Positions 18,738 through 29,049 are shown, counted from the stretch's first letter. The stretch: DNA of 64,000 bases from Candidatus Pacearchaeota archaeon (GCA_018304175.1 JAGVWT010000003.1:33982-97981), one strand, 5' to 3'. Program-made: numbers and translations. Notes: generated by a model from the letters alone, not told the origin.

Positions 18738-19091
18738 TTATCCTTCATATTTTTCAATTTTTCTTCTTAATATTTCCAATCTGTCTTTATACAATTCTTC
18801 TAAATCTTCATTAAGTAGATTTGATAATCTTAGTGAGTGCATCAGCAAATCAGGAATAGCTTCGTTTATTATTTGTGTTAAGTCATAGCTTACTCCATGC
18901 TCTTGTTGTTCACAATATGTTGAAAATTTTCCAATCATTTTTCCAATGTGTAAAGTTATATGCCTAATCTGTTCTGGGACTGGCAAATTTTTGTGTTCCA
19001 AATATTTCTTGTCAAATTCTCTCTGTATTTCTAAAAATTCTTTTATGTCCATTTTAACCCATTTTTTGAATGTAACCTTTTTTTGGTTCAA
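18738..19091 (-). CDS. MazG-like all-alpha nucleotide pyrophosphohydrolase
   Basis: About 115 aa helical protein with HITLHIGKMIG and DLLMHSLRL segments typical of the MazG/dCTPase-like fold. Confidence 0.4.
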   Translation of the reverse strand: MNQKKVTFKKWVKMDIKEFLEIQREFDKKYLEHKNLPVPEQIRHITLHIGKMIGKFSTYCEQQEHGVSYDLTQIINEAIPDLLMHSLRLSNLLNEDLEELYKDRLEILRRKIEKYEG

Positions 19092-21075
19092 ATATTATTC
19101 CGTTTTTTACTAATTCAATCAAAGCGTCGTCTATTTCGTCTTTTTTTAATCTTCCTTCAAGTTCTCTCTCCAATTCTTCTAATGGAATGAGCTTTCCCAT
19201 TCTTTCTTCCATCTCTGTTATTTTTGTCCTGAGCATAAAGACTTTGTTTCTTTTTGAACCAGTCATTGTTCCTCCTATTTTATCGATATCAAAAGCTTTT
19301 GATTCTTGGTCATAGCCGACTTGCATCATATATGAATTCATTATACCTACTGCAATTTTCGCGTCATTTTTTGTTATTGTGTTATCAAGACGGAGTTTTG
19401 CAGAAGCTTCACTCATACGAATCAGTGCTTCTAGCTGTCTAGGTGAAATTGGAATTGGTCTCAGCGATTCGGCTGAAACAGCGCTGCTACGCAATTCAAT
19501 GTAGAATTTTTCAATTTCTTCAATTGCTTCCTCGCTTAATTTTGGATTTATTTTTTGTTTTGAATACGCTACGTATTTTCTAAAAAGTTCTTTTGGAACA
19601 ATCATTGTTTTTCCTTCCTTGTTATGCTCGTCCAGAATGTGGCGCGCAATTTTTCTATCTTTTTCTTTATCTGGGATGTCTCTTAATGGAAATATTATAT
19701 CAAATCTGTTTATCAGAGTTACTGGAAGGTCAAATTGACTTGACAGTGATTCATCTGGGTTAAATCTTCCGAGTTTTGGATTTGCTGCTGCGAGCACAGA
19801 GGTTTCAGCTCTTAAAGTTGCCTGTACATTTGCTTTGCTAATTGTTATTGTTTGCTGCTCCATTGCTTCATGCATCGAACTTCTTTCCTGTGCGTCCATT
19901 TTTTCCAATTCATCTATGCAAACAAGTCCTTTGTTTGCCAGAACCATTGCGCCTGCTTCTAAGGACCAACCGCGGAGGTAATCATCTCTTACAACTGTCG
20001 CAGTTAAACCTGCTCCGCTTGCGCTTTTACCGACGACATAACGTCCTTTTGGAGAAATTTCCGCCATGAATTTTAAAGTACTAGATTTTGCAACTCCGGG
20101 ATCTCCGATTAAAAGAACGTGAATGTCTCCTCTTCTTTTTTGCCCATCTGCGTGAGTTTTTCTTACACCACCGAAAATCTGTAATACTAAAGCTTTTTTA
20201 ATTTCGTCGTAACCCCATACACTTGGAACAATGCTTTGCGAAAATTTGTTGAATAATTGAGGGTCTTTTGAAAGTTCAATAATTTTATTCTCATCTTCTT
20301 CACTTATTTCAAATTCTTCAAAGTTTTCTTCTAAAGGTATTATATTGTTTGCTTCAAGTGCAAGTTCGTATCTTGTTGATAAACCCCCTGTCGCTAAAGG
20401 AACAGGAACTTCTTTTAAAACACCGATGACTTTTATCCTACTTCCGGGAGTTGTTTTTTCTTCCATCTTTGGCTCGACTAAATCTTCTTTTACGAAAACA
20501 TTTATTCTTTTTGGCTGTTCGCCTCCTGAGAGCGATTCTGGAGATTCTTCAATTACAAGTCTTTGGGTGTCAACCATTATTTTTTTGATTAATTTAAAAC
20601 CACCTCTTCTTCCACACGAGCATCTTGAAGGTTCTATGAATTTTTTTTCCATCTGCAATAAAGAGATGTTTGTCCCACATGAAGGGCAATCAAATGTTGC
20701 GTTTACTACTTGGGGTCTTACATCACTTGATTGCCTGATGATTCCTTCAACTACGACGAATTCGTTAATGTGTTTTGACCTGATGTTCCTGATGTCTATT
20801 TGCTGGCTTTCAGGAAGATTGTAAAGACGGACCCTTATGTTTCCTATGATTAGCCCTGATTCTTCTATAGCAGCTTCTATTTCTGCGAGAGTTTCTTCGG
20901 GATTTGCGAGCACTTCTTCCGAGAGAGCGCTTGAAAATTCCGAGAGTTTCATGAAGTCAATGAATATTACATTATTTCCTTTTCTTAGATATTCCCCGAA
21001 ATCTGTTTTGTAAGAATCAAAAAAATTCTTCGCCTCTATTATAAATTCCTCTTTACTTCTTCCGCTCTTTTCCAT
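19054..21075 (-). CDS. mcm: replicative helicase MCM
   Basis: Zn finger CPSCG...CSCGRRG, Walker A GDPGVAKS, Walker B IDELEKM, arginine finger, C-terminal wH; 673 aa. Confidence 0.95.
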   Translation of the reverse strand: MEKSGRSKEEFIIEAKNFFDSYKTDFGEYLRKGNNVIFIDFMKLSEFSSALSEEVLANPEETLAEIEAAIEESGLIIGNIRVRLYNLPESQQIDIRNIRSKHINEFVVVEGIIRQSSDVRPQVVNATFDCPSCGTNISLLQMEKKFIEPSRCSCGRRGGFKLIKKIMVDTQRLVIEESPESLSGGEQPKRINVFVKEDLVEPKMEEKTTPGSRIKVIGVLKEVPVPLATGGLSTRYELALEANNIIPLEENFEEFEISEEDENKIIELSKDPQLFNKFSQSIVPSVWGYDEIKKALVLQIFGGVRKTHADGQKRRGDIHVLLIGDPGVAKSSTLKFMAEISPKGRYVVGKSASGAGLTATVVRDDYLRGWSLEAGAMVLANKGLVCIDELEKMDAQERSSMHEAMEQQTITISKANVQATLRAETSVLAAANPKLGRFNPDESLSSQFDLPVTLINRFDIIFPLRDIPDKEKDRKIARHILDEHNKEGKTMIVPKELFRKYVAYSKQKINPKLSEEAIEEIEKFYIELRSSAVSAESLRPIPISPRQLEALIRMSEASAKLRLDNTITKNDAKIAVGIMNSYMMQVGYDQESKAFDIDKIGGTMTGSKRNKVFMLRTKITEMEERMGKLIPLEELERELEGRLKKDEIDDALIELVKNGIIFEPKKGYIQKMG

Positions 21076-21177
21076 GATAAGGGTAAAAAGTACTGATTTT
21101 TATAGTTTGTTGTGGGAAAAAGATTGTTTTTGAAATGTTATAGAAATCTTTATAAATTAATGGATTAAACTAAAGTT

Positions 21178-21564
21178 ATGAATTCGCTTAGATTTGCCGT
21201 ATTGAGGCATACTAATCATCCAGAAAGTCCAGATCATTATGATATTGTTTTAGAAGAATCTCTAGGTCAAGATCCAGAACAAGTTGTATTAATGAAGTTT
21301 GAAACAATCGCAGAACTTAATCAATCTGGATTGGCTATAAAATATGGGGGTAAGGTTAAAAGGAGATATTTGCAATATGAAGGGCCAATGAATGGGAATA
21401 TGGGTGATGTGAGAAGAGTTGACGAAGGAACTTATAGAATTAATGAATCTTATGTAGAGTTTAATGGAAATATACTCAATGGAATTTATTTATATCAAAC
21501 TGAAGAAAAAATAAATTTAACTGATATTGAGCGGGCTTCTATTTTAAGAAAAGAATCCAAATAA
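21178..21564 (+). CDS. hypothetical protein
   Basis: ORF only. Confidence 0.3.
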   Translation: MNSLRFAVLRHTNHPESPDHYDIVLEESLGQDPEQVVLMKFETIAELNQSGLAIKYGGKVKRRYLQYEGPMNGNMGDVRRVDEGTYRINESYVEFNGNILNGIYLYQTEEKINLTDIERASILRKESK

Positions 21565-21568
21565 AAAA

Positions 21569-22126
<558 letters not shown>

Positions 22127-22178
22127 TTTAATAACTGGTATTTATAAAGGAAGTGGCTTTATAAAGGCTTCGAGAGAT

Positions 22179-22682
22179 TTATTTTTTCTTCTTCACACGT
22201 TTGAATAAATGAGATAATTCTTTTCCCATCTTGAATGTGATGTTATAATTTAAGACAAACAAGACGAGCCCCACAAAAATAGATACAAACCATCTTCCAA
22301 GTAAATAATTAAGTTCAAGTTTCTCAACAGCAACCGCTAGCAAAGATACTGTCAAAAAAATTCCCAAAATGCCAAAAAAGATGAAATACACATATCCTTT
22401 AAACACATGCGATTTTGATTCTTTAAACCCCCAATTTCTTTGAATAAAGTAGTTTGTTGAATGTGCTATTACGTATGTAGTTCCAGCAGCTAAGAGATAA
22501 TATATTCCTAAAAATTCCACTAAAATGAATAACAAAACTATGTCAAGAACAAGAGTAAGCCCACCAGCTACCCCATATCTTGTCAAGCGAGTTATGTAAA
22601 TGGGCGACCTTCCTCCTAAAGAAGTAATTAAATTTACTGGTTCCATAAATTTTTTCATTAGTAAATTAAATATGAATGTCAT
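22179..22682 (-). CDS. GtrA-family membrane protein
   Basis: Four TM helices with a YxxVG-like N-terminal segment RYGVAGGLTLVLD; GtrA size. Confidence 0.5.
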   Translation of the reverse strand: MTFIFNLLMKKFMEPVNLITSLGGRSPIYITRLTRYGVAGGLTLVLDIVLLFILVEFLGIYYLLAAGTTYVIAHSTNYFIQRNWGFKESKSHVFKGYVYFIFFGILGIFLTVSLLAVAVEKLELNYLLGRWFVSIFVGLVLFVLNYNITFKMGKELSHLFKRVKKKK

Positions 22683-22690
22683 GAGAAGTT

Positions 22691-24412
22691 TTAACTATAT
22701 TTGAAATCCTTCTTTTGATTTTCATAATCTTTTTTGATTTCATTCAGCGTTGTAATTTCTGAAAGAGGTTTGTCTTCTCTTAAAGCTGTGAATCTTGGAA
22801 ACCTTAATGCAAAACCAGAATTGTAGTTTGGAGATTTCTGAACTTCTTGGTAAGTCACAGCGACGACTACTTTTGGCTTTACTTCAACAGTTTTTCCGTG
22901 TTCTTTTGTAATTAAAGGCTTAAGCATTTCCGTTAACTCATGGAAAGAAGTTCCTATTTTTTCCTCTTGCTCTTCAAATTTTTCTTTTATTCCTGTTCCT
23001 ACTTTTCCGATTTCTAGAAACTCACCATCTTTTTCTCCCAAGCATGAAAGGATGAAGCTCGACATCCATCCACTTCTCTTTCCAGTTCCATATTCAGCGC
23101 CGGTTATAACTAAATCATAATCTCTCAATTCTTCTTTTAACTTCAGCATGAAACCGACACGACTTCCTGGTTTGTAAGGAGCTTTCAAATTTTTTAGAAT
23201 CAAACCTTCCTGGTTGTCTTTTATTGCTTTATTGTAAAAATCTCTGACTTCTTTTTCACTGTCTGTTATTTTCTGGTCAGCAGTTGTTATTTTATATCTT
23301 TCATTTTTTACGATCTTTTTTAATATCTCTGTTCTTTTTTCAAAAGGTTCTTTAATAATATTTTTTCCATTCAAATATACAATGTCAAAAGCTTTCACTT
23401 CAACAGGAAGTTCTTTTACAAGCCTTTCTACATGATATTTTCTTTTTATTCTCTGTGAAATTGCCTGGAATGGAACATATTTTTTTGTCTTGGGATTGTA
23501 ACCAATTACTTCAGCGTCAACAATGAATGAATTCCCATTTATGTGTTTTTTTATTACATCAACAATGTCTGGAAATTGATTAGTTACATTTTCCAGTCTT
23601 CTAGTGTATAAAGTTATATTTCCGTCTTTTTTATTTATCATCATTCTAAATCCGTCGTATTTGAACTCAGCAGCGAGAGGTTTTCCTGCTTTTTCAAATG
23701 CATCTTTTATTGTGTTTGCTTTCTGAGCCAACATGACTTTTATCGGCTTGCCTGCTTTTAGTTCTATAGAAAATCTTTTTCCTTTTTTTGCAAGTTCAAA
23801 TACTAATGCTAAATCAGGATTCATGTCATAAGCATTTTGAATTTCCTCTATAGCATTTTTCTTTTCTTCTTCCTTGAAAAATGCTTTTGCAATAGCGTTT
23901 CTAACGGTGCTCGACTTCAATCCGATTCTTAAATCTCCAATTACAATTCTAATCAAGTAGAGTGCTTCTAGAGGCGAAGCAGAAGTCAGCAATTCAGTTA
24001 TAAGCGAGATTTTTTTTTCAACAGTTCCTTTTCCTTCCATCTCGGGGAGTTTTCTCAAATTTGAAATAACTTTTTCAGTTGTCAAGTTACTTTGAGAAAG
24101 AGTTGATTGCCTTTTTTGTTTTTTTAATTTTTCAGCTACTTTTCCCAAATCACCTAAAGATTTCCATTCATTCACAACTTCGCTGTTTGTTACTCCGGTT
24201 GATTTGGCAATCGCCTTTATTGCTAGCTGACTTGAAATTCCAATTTTCTTTTCATCATGTTCAGGGTAAATATCTCCGAGCAACAAATATAAAATATCTC
24301 TATCTGATTCGCCAATTTCTTTTAGGAATTTTGATAGAATTTCAATTTTTTCCAAACGTTTGGTAGTTGAAGATAATTCATCATAAATTTCAGCGAGCTT
24401 TTTGTATTTCAT
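22691..24412 (-). CDS. lig: ATP-dependent DNA ligase
   Basis: Motif I EFKYDGFR (KxDG), OB domain and DNA-binding domain; 573 aa. Confidence 0.9.
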   Translation of the reverse strand: MKYKKLAEIYDELSSTTKRLEKIEILSKFLKEIGESDRDILYLLLGDIYPEHDEKKIGISSQLAIKAIAKSTGVTNSEVVNEWKSLGDLGKVAEKLKKQKRQSTLSQSNLTTEKVISNLRKLPEMEGKGTVEKKISLITELLTSASPLEALYLIRIVIGDLRIGLKSSTVRNAIAKAFFKEEEKKNAIEEIQNAYDMNPDLALVFELAKKGKRFSIELKAGKPIKVMLAQKANTIKDAFEKAGKPLAAEFKYDGFRMMINKKDGNITLYTRRLENVTNQFPDIVDVIKKHINGNSFIVDAEVIGYNPKTKKYVPFQAISQRIKRKYHVERLVKELPVEVKAFDIVYLNGKNIIKEPFEKRTEILKKIVKNERYKITTADQKITDSEKEVRDFYNKAIKDNQEGLILKNLKAPYKPGSRVGFMLKLKEELRDYDLVITGAEYGTGKRSGWMSSFILSCLGEKDGEFLEIGKVGTGIKEKFEEQEEKIGTSFHELTEMLKPLITKEHGKTVEVKPKVVVAVTYQEVQKSPNYNSGFALRFPRFTALREDKPLSEITTLNEIKKDYENQKKDFKYS

Positions 24413-24413
24413 G

Positions 24414-24674
24414 TTAAGACATCCGTGGTTTTTTTACACTTACTTTTCCTTTATTCATTTGTAATATTAAATCGTATACAGCAACTAACACAAAAACTAT
24501 CTGTAGGGTTATGAATATGGCATCTTTTATGTAGAAACTGTATGCTATTAATGATGTTCCCCCAATAATGTATAATATGTCTCTTATTTTCCTGTCTTTC
24601 TTTTTTATTAAAACACCAGCGATAATTAACAATAATCCAACAATTCCTGAGAAGTAAAAAATATTTATGGCCAT
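24414..24674 (-). CDS. small membrane protein
   Basis: Two or three hydrophobic helices. Confidence 0.35.
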   Translation of the reverse strand: MAINIFYFSGIVGLLLIIAGVLIKKKDRKIRDILYIIGGTSLIAYSFYIKDAIFITLQIVFVLVAVYDLILQMNKGKVSVKKPRMS

Positions 24675-24708
24675 CTACTTCCTAAGAAGAAGATATTTTT
24701 AAGTTTGT

Positions 24709-25281
24709 TTATTTTCCTTTGTTCTTGTTTGCTCTTGCGCTTGGACGGACTTTCAAGTTTGGAGATTTGCTTCTTAATCCACGGGATTTTTTTCCTGCGC
24801 TAGTCAAACCTCTGAAAACACGCCCTTTGTTTCTGGGTTTTGAAATCCATGAAATTGTAGAATCGTTTTTTATTTCCGGAGCATTTGGATTTACAAGAAT
24901 CACTTCGTAGAAATAATGAAATCCATCTTTTCCAATTAAGTATGAGTTTAGGACTTCGAAGTCCATGAATTTTTGGGCTGCTCTTTGTTCTGCAATCCAG
25001 CGGTAATTCATCTTTAGATTTTTTCTAGTGTGCAATCTTTTACCTCTGCGTCCTTTATTTGGTCTGGAACGCTTGTGGCCTCCGCGTCTTAAACGGACTC
25101 TTACAACTACAAATCCTGTTTTGTCTTTGTAGCCGAGGTTTCTAGCACGGTCAATTCTTAATGGCTTGTCAATTTCTTTCACTGCATTGTCTTTACGCCA
25201 TTGAATCATTCTTTCCCTCAAGACTTTTCTATCTGGAGATTTCCATGCTTCTTTCATATAGTGATACATTCCGTGTGCCAT
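24709..25281 (-). CDS. rpl15e: 50S ribosomal protein L15e
   Basis: MAHGMYHYMKEAW...KDKTGFVVVRVRLRRGG, the conserved L15e N-terminus. Confidence 0.9.
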   Translation of the reverse strand: MAHGMYHYMKEAWKSPDRKVLRERMIQWRKDNAVKEIDKPLRIDRARNLGYKDKTGFVVVRVRLRRGGHKRSRPNKGRRGKRLHTRKNLKMNYRWIAEQRAAQKFMDFEVLNSYLIGKDGFHYFYEVILVNPNAPEIKNDSTISWISKPRNKGRVFRGLTSAGKKSRGLRSKSPNLKVRPSARANKNKGK

Positions 25282-25365
25282 GTTAAGAATAGAAAAAATT
25301 CATTTTTAAACTTTCTTAATTTTATTTTTGGATAATTATTTATACCTAAACTTACAAATATTTAA

Positions 25366-26058
25366 ATGCAGCCAAAAAAAAGGTTGGACGATACGGTCTC
25401 TTATCTGAAGAAAAAGAGAAATGTTTTGCTTTTAACAACTTCTAATAGGTGGGCTGGAAATCATGAAATTCCAAAAAGTTCCCAACTTGCCTATTACATA
25501 AACAAAAAACTTGGAAAAAAATCAAAAATTATTGAAGTTGCGACATTAAAAATTTATATGTGTGAGGGTAATGTTTCTACTTCTAAAGGTAATAATTGTG
25601 GTGTTAAAGACGCTGTTTTGAAAGATAAGAAAAAAAATCCGTCTGGTTGTCATCGGTGTTATGCATCAATAAATAATAAAGATGATGAACTCTGGAAAAT
25701 TTCTAAAGAGTTATTGTCTTCTGATGCTGTTTTGTTTTTTGGTTCTATAAGGTGGGGTCAGGCGAATGCGATTTATCAAAAACTTATAGAAAGACTTACA
25801 TGGCTTGAGAATAGGCACTCAACACTTAAAGAAGATAATATTTTGGGAAATATTGACGCCGGTGTTATTTTTGTTGGTCAAAATTGGAATGGAGTAAATG
25901 TGGTTAAAATACAGAGGAAAGTGCTTGATTTTTTCGGCTTTAAAACTCCTAAAGTTTTGTCTTGGAATTGGCAGTACACAAAAAATGCGTATGATGAAAG
26001 CCAAGATTCTTACATGAATTCAATAAAGAAATTCAAGAAAGATTTTAAATTTAATTAG
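25366..26058 (+). CDS. flavodoxin-fold protein with a Cys cluster (iron-sulfur flavoprotein/NADPH-FMN reductase-like)
   Basis: N-terminal VLLLTTSNRW (flavodoxin-like beta1 loop); Cys at YMCEG, NNCG and CHRC. Confidence 0.3.
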   Translation: MQPKKRLDDTVSYLKKKRNVLLLTTSNRWAGNHEIPKSSQLAYYINKKLGKKSKIIEVATLKIYMCEGNVSTSKGNNCGVKDAVLKDKKKNPSGCHRCYASINNKDDELWKISKELLSSDAVLFFGSIRWGQANAIYQKLIERLTWLENRHSTLKEDNILGNIDAGVIFVGQNWNGVNVVKIQRKVLDFFGFKTPKVLSWNWQYTKNAYDESQDSYMNSIKKFKKDFKFN

Positions 26059-26090
26059 ACAATTTTATAAATGGATTTGGTTTTGATTTT

Positions 26091-26186
26091 AAGCGAGCCT
26101 GTAGCTCATGAGGGGCATATCCCCTTACAATAACCCCTATCGTTAAAACCGATTGGTCGCTACAGTCTTGAACAGAAAAATGAAGC
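26091..26186 (+). repeat. insert-like segment bounded by 18-bp direct repeats of tRNA-Ile positions -4..+14 (first repeat copy plus about 75-bp insert)
   Basis: aagcgagcctgtagctca occurs at 26091-26108 and again at 26184-26201, where it is the real tRNA 5' end. The insert contains hairpins (ggggcatatcccc) and a ggtcgctacag motif. Confidence 0.6.
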
Positions 26187-26261
26187 GAGCCTGTAGCTCA
26201 GCCCGGTTAGAGCACTGCTCTGATAAGGCAGGGGTCCGAGGTTCAAATCCTCGCAGGCTCA
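26187..26261 (+). tRNA. tRNA-Ile (anticodon GAT)
   Basis: Manual fold: acceptor GAGCCTG/CAGGCTC, D-arm GCTC-(10 nt)-GAGC, anticodon stem CTGCT/GGCAG, loop CTGATAA, T-arm CGAGG-TTCAAAT-CCTCG, discriminator A. Confidence 0.8.
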
Positions 26262-26267
26262 TTTACC

Positions 26268-26918
26268 TTATTCCTTGCTATCAAGTTCAAGAACAAGTTT
26301 TCCCTCTGAAAGTTCGTAATCAATTACGGGAAGGTTGATTGGAATTATTTTGTAATATGCTTTGCCTTTCGTCACGGCTTTTATTTCAAGACTGTTTTCT
26401 AATTGAATAATAGATATATCTTCTATTGATTTTACACCAGGAACAACTACTTCATAAACAATTTTATCTGAAAATCTTCTTACGTTAGTTTTTGGTTCTT
26501 TTCTTGGAAGCGCCGAAAAGTTTTTCAAGATGTTGTTAGGAAGGTCTTTTATTTCTTTTTCTTCTATTTGATTTTTGTTGTTTGATAGCTCTCTTGGTTC
26601 TATTTTTCTTCCATTTATGTAAAGTCTGTATTCTGTTTTTGGACCTTTGTTTACGGGGTTTTTTTTAATTTCTTTTCTCATTTCTTTTTCCAGAATTTTC
26701 ATTGCACTTTCAAACATTTTGTTTATCATCCTCCCGCTAATTCCTCCTAATATTGGAGAATTATAATCCTCAAATTCATTCAAGAAATCATCATCTCCTA
26801 AAAGGCCATCGTTTTTTGATTTTTTCTTCTCTTTCAAATACTCTCCGCAAGTAGGGCAGAAGCTATATTTTCTATCAAGTTTCTCACCACAGTTTTTGCA
26901 TTCATTTCTTTTGAACAT
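26268..26918 (-). CDS. zinc-ribbon protein with a C-terminal sHSP/alpha-crystallin-like domain
   Basis: N-terminal CKNCG...CPTCG; the C-terminal segment YEVVVPGVKSIEDISI...LEIKA resembles an ACD beta-sandwich. Confidence 0.35.
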   Translation of the reverse strand: MFKRNECKNCGEKLDRKYSFCPTCGEYLKEKKKSKNDGLLGDDDFLNEFEDYNSPILGGISGRMINKMFESAMKILEKEMRKEIKKNPVNKGPKTEYRLYINGRKIEPRELSNNKNQIEEKEIKDLPNNILKNFSALPRKEPKTNVRRFSDKIVYEVVVPGVKSIEDISIIQLENSLEIKAVTKGKAYYKIIPINLPVIDYELSEGKLVLELDSKE

Positions 26919-26997
26919 TATTAATAAAAATCATTTTTATTTAAATAGTTTGTTGTGCTACCATTAAGTTTTTATATACTATATATTCAATAAAAAT

Positions 26998-27480
26998 ATG
27001 AAGCTGAACCTGAAAGATTACGCTGTTAATATAATCACTCATAAATTCCTAACAAGTGTTACGGGAAAAATAAGTGACAGAGCAAAAAGAAAGTTTGAAA
27101 AATATGGGCAGGAAGCTGCCGAAAGGTTGAAGGTTAAAGAGGCTTTGAAAGATTCTAATTTAATTCTGAGATTGGGTTGGAGTGATGAGGCTGTATCTTA
27201 TGTTAGAAAAATAACTTTAGCATTAGAAGAATTTAAGCAAGTGAATCCTAAAGCTTATACACAATTTGAAAGGATAAGGGGGAAGCATAAAGATGTTAGG
27301 AGGGCTTATATTGAATTCGGAGGAGAAGTTCCTGATTCTTATTACATAAAAGTCATTAAAGATATCATTCCGGGGATTAATGATAAAGATGCCGTTGTTT
27401 TTTATAACAGGCTAAAATCTGCTGACAAAATTCTAACGAAGAAAGGCAGAGGGATTCAGAGACTTCTGCTTCCAGAATGA
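26998..27480 (+). CDS. hypothetical protein
   Basis: ORF only. Confidence 0.3.
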   Translation: MKLNLKDYAVNIITHKFLTSVTGKISDRAKRKFEKYGQEAAERLKVKEALKDSNLILRLGWSDEAVSYVRKITLALEEFKQVNPKAYTQFERIRGKHKDVRRAYIEFGGEVPDSYYIKVIKDIIPGINDKDAVVFYNRLKSADKILTKKGRGIQRLLLPE

Positions 27481-27513
27481 TAGTTTTTTATATCTAATTT
27501 CTTAATTTTTTAC

Positions 27514-29049
27514 ATGACAAAAAATTTTTATGTTACGACGGCGATAGACTATGTTAATGCGAGACCTCATATAGGGCATGCATTCGAGAAAGTTTTAGCT
27601 GACGCTCTAGTTCGATGGCACAAGGCAAAAGGAGAAAAGACTTGGTTTTTAACTGGCACTGATGAAAACGCTCAAAAAAATGCACGAGCCGCGAAAGAAC
27701 AAGGTATTCCTGTGAAAAAATTTGTTGACTCTAATTCCAAGATTTTTGTAGAATTGTGTAAAAAACTTAATGTTGATTATGACAGATTTATCAAGACGAC
27801 TGAAAAAGAACATAAATTGAATTCACAGAAAATTTTCAAGGAAATTTATGACAATGGGGATATATACAAAGGAGAATATGAGGGGCTTTATTGTGTTGGT
27901 TGTGAAGCCTTCAAAACAGAGAAAGATTTAATTGATGGAAAGTGTCCTGAGCATGATATAAAACCCGAGTGGATATCTGAGGAAGCTTATTTTTTTAAGT
28001 TGAGCAAATACAAAGATAAATTGCTGAAGTTTATTGATTCTTACATAATTCCTGAGCAGAGAAAAAATGAAATTGTTTCGAGACTGAAAAACGAACCTTT
28101 GAAGGATTTGTGTGTTTCAAGAACAAATTTGGACTGGGGAATTGATTCTCCAATAGACAAAAATTTCAAAATTTATGTTTGGTTTGATGCTTTAATTAAT
28201 TACATTTCTGGCGCTGAAGGAAATTGGCCTGTTGATGTTCATGTTATTGGGAAGGGAATAAACTGGTTTCATTCTGTGATTTGGCCTTCAATCCTAATTT
28301 CTGCTGATTATGATTTGCCAAAAAAACTTTTAGTTCATGGTTATTTGAATTTTCAGGGAAAAAAGATTTCAAAATCACTTGGAAATGTGATAGACCCGAT
28401 TGAACTTGTGAATAAATATGGGAGCGATAGTGTGAGATATTCATTGCTAAGATGCAGTGTTTTTGATGATTCAGATTTTTCAGAAGAGCTCTTGAAGAAA
28501 AGAAATAATGAACTTGCGGACAAGTTGGGAAATTTAATCTTAAGAATAAGTGCGCTGGCGGAAAAATATGGAATTACAAAGCCGGTTATTACACTGACTT
28601 TGGATGATGAACGAAAAAGATTATTAAGAGGAAGTAAGTTAAAGATAGAGGTTTTAGATAAGAAAAAAAATGAGTATATTCTAAGACCAAAAGAAGGGGA
28701 GGGGTTAAAAATAGAATTTGGAGAAGTATTCCCTCTTATTTTATCATATCCTTCACAATTTCTTGAAGCTACTATATCACTTATTGAAAAATATTTAGAT
28801 AATTACGAGTTTGATAAGGCATTAGACGAAATTTTTAAATTTATTGATTTCTGTAATGGTTATACCCAAGAAATAAGGGTTTGGGAACATACTGAGGCGG
28901 ATAGAAAGATATTATATCAATTAATTGAATCAATCAGAAAAATAAATCCTTATCTGGGAATTTTCATTCCTGAAACGGCGAAAAAAATTGAGAGAATTTT
29001 CAAAACAGACAAAATTAAAAAATCAGAAGTTTTGTTTAAGAAAATATGA
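27514..29049 (+). CDS. metG: methionyl-tRNA synthetase (catalytic core plus anticodon-binding domain; lacks the C-terminal tRNA-binding domain)
   Basis: HIGH (PHIGHAFE), KMSKS (KISKSLGN) and the CP-domain zinc knuckle CVGCE...CPEH; 511 aa. Confidence 0.9.
   Translation: MTKNFYVTTAIDYVNARPHIGHAFEKVLADALVRWHKAKGEKTWFLTGTDENAQKNARAAKEQGIPVKKFVDSNSKIFVELCKKLNVDYDRFIKTTEKEHKLNSQKIFKEIYDNGDIYKGEYEGLYCVGCEAFKTEKDLIDGKCPEHDIKPEWISEEAYFFKLSKYKDKLLKFIDSYIIPEQRKNEIVSRLKNEPLKDLCVSRTNLDWGIDSPIDKNFKIYVWFDALINYISGAEGNWPVDVHVIGKGINWFHSVIWPSILISADYDLPKKLLVHGYLNFQGKKISKSLGNVIDPIELVNKYGSDSVRYSLLRCSVFDDSDFSEELLKKRNNELADKLGNLILRISALAEKYGITKPVITLTLDDERKRLLRGSKLKIEVLDKKKNEYILRPKEGEGLKIEFGEVFPLILSYPSQFLEATISLIEKYLDNYEFDKALDEIFKFIDFCNGYTQEIRVWEHTEADRKILYQLIESIRKINPYLGIFIPETAKKIERIFKTDKIKKSEVLFKKI

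Noticed and set aside
26091-26170. The first gcgagcctgtagctca... segment as a second, independent tRNA gene
   Set aside because: Only the first about 16 nt match a tRNA. The remainder cannot form D, anticodon or T arms, and no matching 3' acceptor strand is present. It is treated as the orphan half of a direct repeat.
26153-26338. ORF-track CDS overlapping tRNA-Ile
   Set aside because: It is read straight through the tRNA gene, is Arg/Ser-rich and low-complexity, and is almost certainly spurious.
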